From contig CM060733.1 in the NCBI GenBank assembly GCA_030704615.1, positions 682,001-746,000 on the forward strand: a stretch of 64,000 nt of DNA. The letters run 5' to 3'. Every line of letters begins with the position of its first letter. Position 1 is the stretch's first letter. Below the pieces are notes generated by a model that was not told the origin of the DNA, did no database searches, and was given only the letters and a program-made list of their open reading frames with translations. The stretch comes from Takakia lepidozioides. Its lineage: Eukaryota > Plantae > Bryophyta. This document shows positions 60,111 to 64,000 of this stretch, piece after piece. The position numbers were made by a program, and so were the translations under genes.

Positions 60111-63100
60111 ATGCCGCGTGTTTATCGACGTGTCACGCTTGAGGATTCGTTGCCGGCTGTGCCACAACCACCTGCTGAGGGCGAGACAGCACGTTCGCCT
60201 CGTCTACGAGTTAGGCGGCATCGCCATGTCCGCACAGCTTTGCCCCCACGGCCACCACCCCGAGGTCGTAGGCCGCCAAGTCCAGAGGCACGAGCCCCGG
60301 GGAGACCCCGCCGGGACCGCCTCCCCAAGATTGAGTGTTGGTGCAGTTGGTGTTGGGCACGACTACCGGTTGGGAGGACCACACCGATGATGCGGCGACC
60401 CCATGTTGTGCAAAAACATTACGCCAAAGGTGTAAATTGAGTATTGATGCATTTCATCATGCATCTTGCAGCCCCGTCTTGATGTCCAAGCTCGCAATTT
60501 TTTTGCTGAAGAGGCATACCGATGCGGGTTTCTTCTTCTTACGAGCCCCACCCCGTTCCGGATGTGAACATTTTTTTCTCGCAACATGACGTAGATGCAG
60601 TTTGTGAGGTAGCGGGGTACGATGCGTGTTTTTCTATTTTTGGGCACCGGGCTAGGCGCTTGTCACCTACGCACACACATTCGTCATCCTCGACATCGGC
60701 ACCCCATCATCACATCGCCGTTCCTCCTATTGTAGATGGTCTTTCCTCATCACCATTGCCATCCATACGTGTCCCTTCCCCTCCATTGCCGAGACCACAG
60801 CCGCCACCGAGTCCGAGTTCGACATCCTCGACATCGGCACCCCCATCATCACCATCATCCGCATCGTCCGTTCCTCCTATTGTACATGTTCTTTCCTCAT
60901 CACCATCGCCATCCCGGCCATCTCGGCCAGTACTACCTCCACGCGAGATCCCTCATACCAACCTACGTTTTCCTTCCCCTCCATTGCCGAGACCACAGCC
61001 GCCACCGAGTCCGTATCCGGGTCCTCCGGCAGAACCCGGATGGATCCCACCACCTTTGGGGACTGTGTATGACTGGGACCGATGGATCACTAGGTTCCCA
61101 CTCCGGGAAGGGCCCCGAAGTGATGGACGGGCGCGCCCCCTAGGAGAGGTGGACCGAAGTTGTTTCGCACGGTTGGTCCGCGCCTTCGCCGGCCTGATGA
61201 CGGCACCATACGTCATGGTGCTAGGGAGCTATTCACGATGGGAGTCCAACCCCATTTCTACCAATGTCTTGTGCCTTGTCCAGTTCCGATTCCCGAGGGT
61301 GAGCCCTTTCTTTTTTGGGGTCGCATGTATTGCGTGATGGAGGCAATGGACCCTAGTATGGGTCGCGGACTTTTTTTGATGGAGATGTAGTTTTGGGGGG
61401 AGGAGAGGATTCTGTGGATTTGTTCCCCTATTTTGGGCCGAGGTACACCCACCGGGAGTGGCAATTATTGCAGACACACGGCCTTGGGTCCTTGATCCAT
61501 CCTTACATCCTTGTTGTGAACGACAATGATGTAAGGGCGAGAAATTTGGGCCGCAAAGCCCATATTTATTGTGACGGAAACCCCGATGTGTACGGCAACG
61601 TGGCTGGGCTCATCAACAGTTCAGTTACCTTACCGCCGGGCCACACCGCCAACGTGTTTTGGGATGAGCGCCATGACGGGGATAGTAGATTGGACCCTAA
61701 CATCACCACTTTTGTGATGACATGTGCAAGGAGGACTATTAGGGCTGGAGAGGAGTTGTTTGCAGAGTATGACTTTAGGCGTTAGCCGACTTTCATCATG
61801 TGTAGATGGACGTAGGAAGACATTTTGTACATTGAGGTGGCTTCCTCCACCGTGTATATATATACATAGGCATTGATGTGTATTTGGATGCAGTTTTTCA
61901 TGCTATATTCAAGGGAGTTTGGGTGGACGTTATATGTGAATTTGGGTATTTTGAATTATATAGTGTCTCCTTCATGTGGTGAAGCAATGTATGTATTCCC
62001 TCGTGTGTATAATGTGTACTTTGGGTTTTATCTGTATGATAATGAACAACGCCATGTATGGAAACTGATAATGACATGGTTGTTTTTGGCATCTTAGGAT
62101 GCCGGCCACAACCCCACGACGTTAATTCATGAAGTTCATGATCTTGTCATGAACCGGGATTTTGTTCCTTCGGAGGGGGGTGCGTATCAAAGGGACCCGA
62201 CCCCGTCTGAAATGGCGGTCTCCGATGATGAGGACAACAATGACAATGGAATTATGCATGAGGATGTGGCAGCAATGGAGGACCTCTTAATGCATCAGAT
62301 GGTAGATGAGGACACAGACTCTTTGAATGACATGGAAAAAGAAGCCAAAACTCCCTTATACGAAGGGGCCAAAGTGAGTAGACTTTCAACCATCTTGTTG
62401 TTGCTGAATTTGCAAATCCGGTTTGGCATAAGCAATGTGGGTATGTCCGCCATAATGCGGACTATTGCGGACTACATCCTTGCCCCACATTTGAAGCCGA
62501 GAATGCCACGATCAAGAAAAGAGGCAAGAGCAGCCTTGGATGCTGTGGGGATGGGCTATAAGATTTTTCATGCATGTCCATGTGATAAAACCCTGTACTA
62601 CGGAGAGGATGCAAACTCACCAAGTGTCCAAAGTGCAACAAAGACCGATATCGGGATGATGTTCAGGGAAGAAAGCCCCGCGCAAGGTATACCCGCGCCA
62701 CAATACACTTGTATATTGCATTCTACCTTTTTGCAACCGCTACAAGACGTAAGGTTTTACTTAGAGATATGAATGACACTGATTATGATATGGGGCCGAC
62801 ATGGGGATGGTGCCAGAAAATGCACTACTTTCCAATCATCCCGCGACTACACTACCGAAGCCCCTCATTGGCAGAACTGATGAGATGGCACGCCTCGCAT
62901 CGGAGCCCCCCGGGAAAGGTGTGCGGGCCACAAGATTCACAAGCATGGAGGCATACTGAAGAGATGTGTTTTCTCTTGGAGGACCCACGACATGTCCGCC
63001 TCGGCTTCTCCTCGGGGGGTCAACCCATTCTCTGTCCATCATGTAGTCATTCCACTTGGCCGGTGACCATGGTGAATTACAACATCCCCGTATCTTTCAA

Positions 63101-64000
63101 TAAAAAAAGGCCATATCATGTTGGCTGCCATTGTACCGGGTGAGTGTTCCCATTTCATGCTTATTATTACTTTGGATTTTACATTAATCTTCTTCTCTTT
63201 GGCGCAATTCCGATGGAAGATTGATGAGTGACGTAATCATGTAGTAAGATGTGTCATTCATTATGAAGTATAATTAGCATGGTGGAGCATTGAAACAATT
63301 AATGGTGTGAATGTCTCATAGGGAAAAAACAAGTGAAAGACATGGACACGTACTTGCGACCTCTAGTTGATGAACTGAAGGAGTTATGGAGGGGGGTCCC
63401 GGCATTGGATGCTTCACTTGACCCTATGGCCGGACAATCTTTTCAGATGAGAGGCATCTTGCTTTGGACAATGCATGATTATCCAGGTATATTATGTTCC
63501 CCATGAGAAACCCGCGTACATTTACCTGTCAAGGGATATTGATGAGGATTGGGATTGATTGAAGTAGCGGCGACAGTCTTCTGCACCGTAGTGGGGTAGA
63601 TGCACATGGAAACTTTTTGTCTTTCCTAATGTGGCGGAATGTCTACAGGACTTACTGTTTGCTCGGGGTTGAGCACTAAAGGGTACCACGCATGCCTGCA
63701 TTGTGGCGATGAACTTGATGCACAAAGCTCCAGCAATCTTCGCAAGATGGTGTATCCCAACTACCTTCCTATGAGCCATCATTGGAGAAGAAGAGACAAA
63801 CACTTGTTTGATGGCAAAGTGGAGTTACGTCCCCCACCTGTGACACCATCCGGGCACTTTTGGGAAGACCGATGGAAGGAGGCCCATCCGGAGGGGTCCG
63901 GTGAAGTGGAGGTGCCCGGCATGAAGCGGCTTTCAATCTTCTACGAGTTGCCATATTGGGCGGTACATATTCCACAAAAACACCATCAATATTGCTATGC
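60111..64000 (+). pseudogene. CACTA TnpD-like (Transposase_21 family) transposase, multi-exon, decayed, running off the window
   Basis: Putative first exon 60111-60431 with CWCSWC...VVQKHYAKG (transposase-associated domain-like). Body from 62098: AKTPLYEG, FHACPCD..LY...CPKC, MHYFPIIPRL, MRWH, DSQAWRH, RHVRLG...VNPF...HSTWPV, MDTYLRPLVDELKELW, LLWTMHDYPG, GYHACLHC, SIFYELPYW. Confidence 0.88.
60522..61785 (+). pseudogene. SET-domain protein with a Pro/Ser-rich N-terminal region; two 1-nt frameshifts
   Basis: MGRGLF (~61358), LFPYFG, YCDGNPDVYGNVAGLINSS...AN and ARRTIRAGEELFAEYDF are SET motifs in the correct order. Frames shift at homopolymers ~61311-61320 and ~61371-61377. Confidence 0.72.

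Overview
Eukaryotic, intron-rich and transposon-dense DNA. Protein and TE families point to a non-seed land plant (bryophyte-like); this is an inference. It contains one apparently intact host gene, TPX2 (about 22 exons, 27187-36589 +), and two host genes disrupted by TEs: RPL18a, cut off by a long-TIR foldback element, and a serine carboxypeptidase-like gene, split by a Ty1/copia element with a 5-bp TSD. The rest is nested, decayed mobile DNA: two hAT-superfamily transposase remnants, a MULE/SWIM transposase, a CACTA element (TIR, TnpA-like and TnpD-like genes), RTEX- and L1-type LINE fragments, tRNA-derived SINEs, and several palindromic or tandem repeat arrays. The most notable signal is TE-associated chromatin-enzyme cargo. 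(1) A SET-domain gene lies between the N-terminal exon and the body of the CACTA TnpD transposase. (2) A cleanly spliced C-terminal half of a bacterial-type (beta-class N4C/N6A) DNA methyltransferase-like gene, with a palindrome array and an orphan ORF, interrupts the MULE transposase. All calls come from reading motifs by eye; no searches were run.
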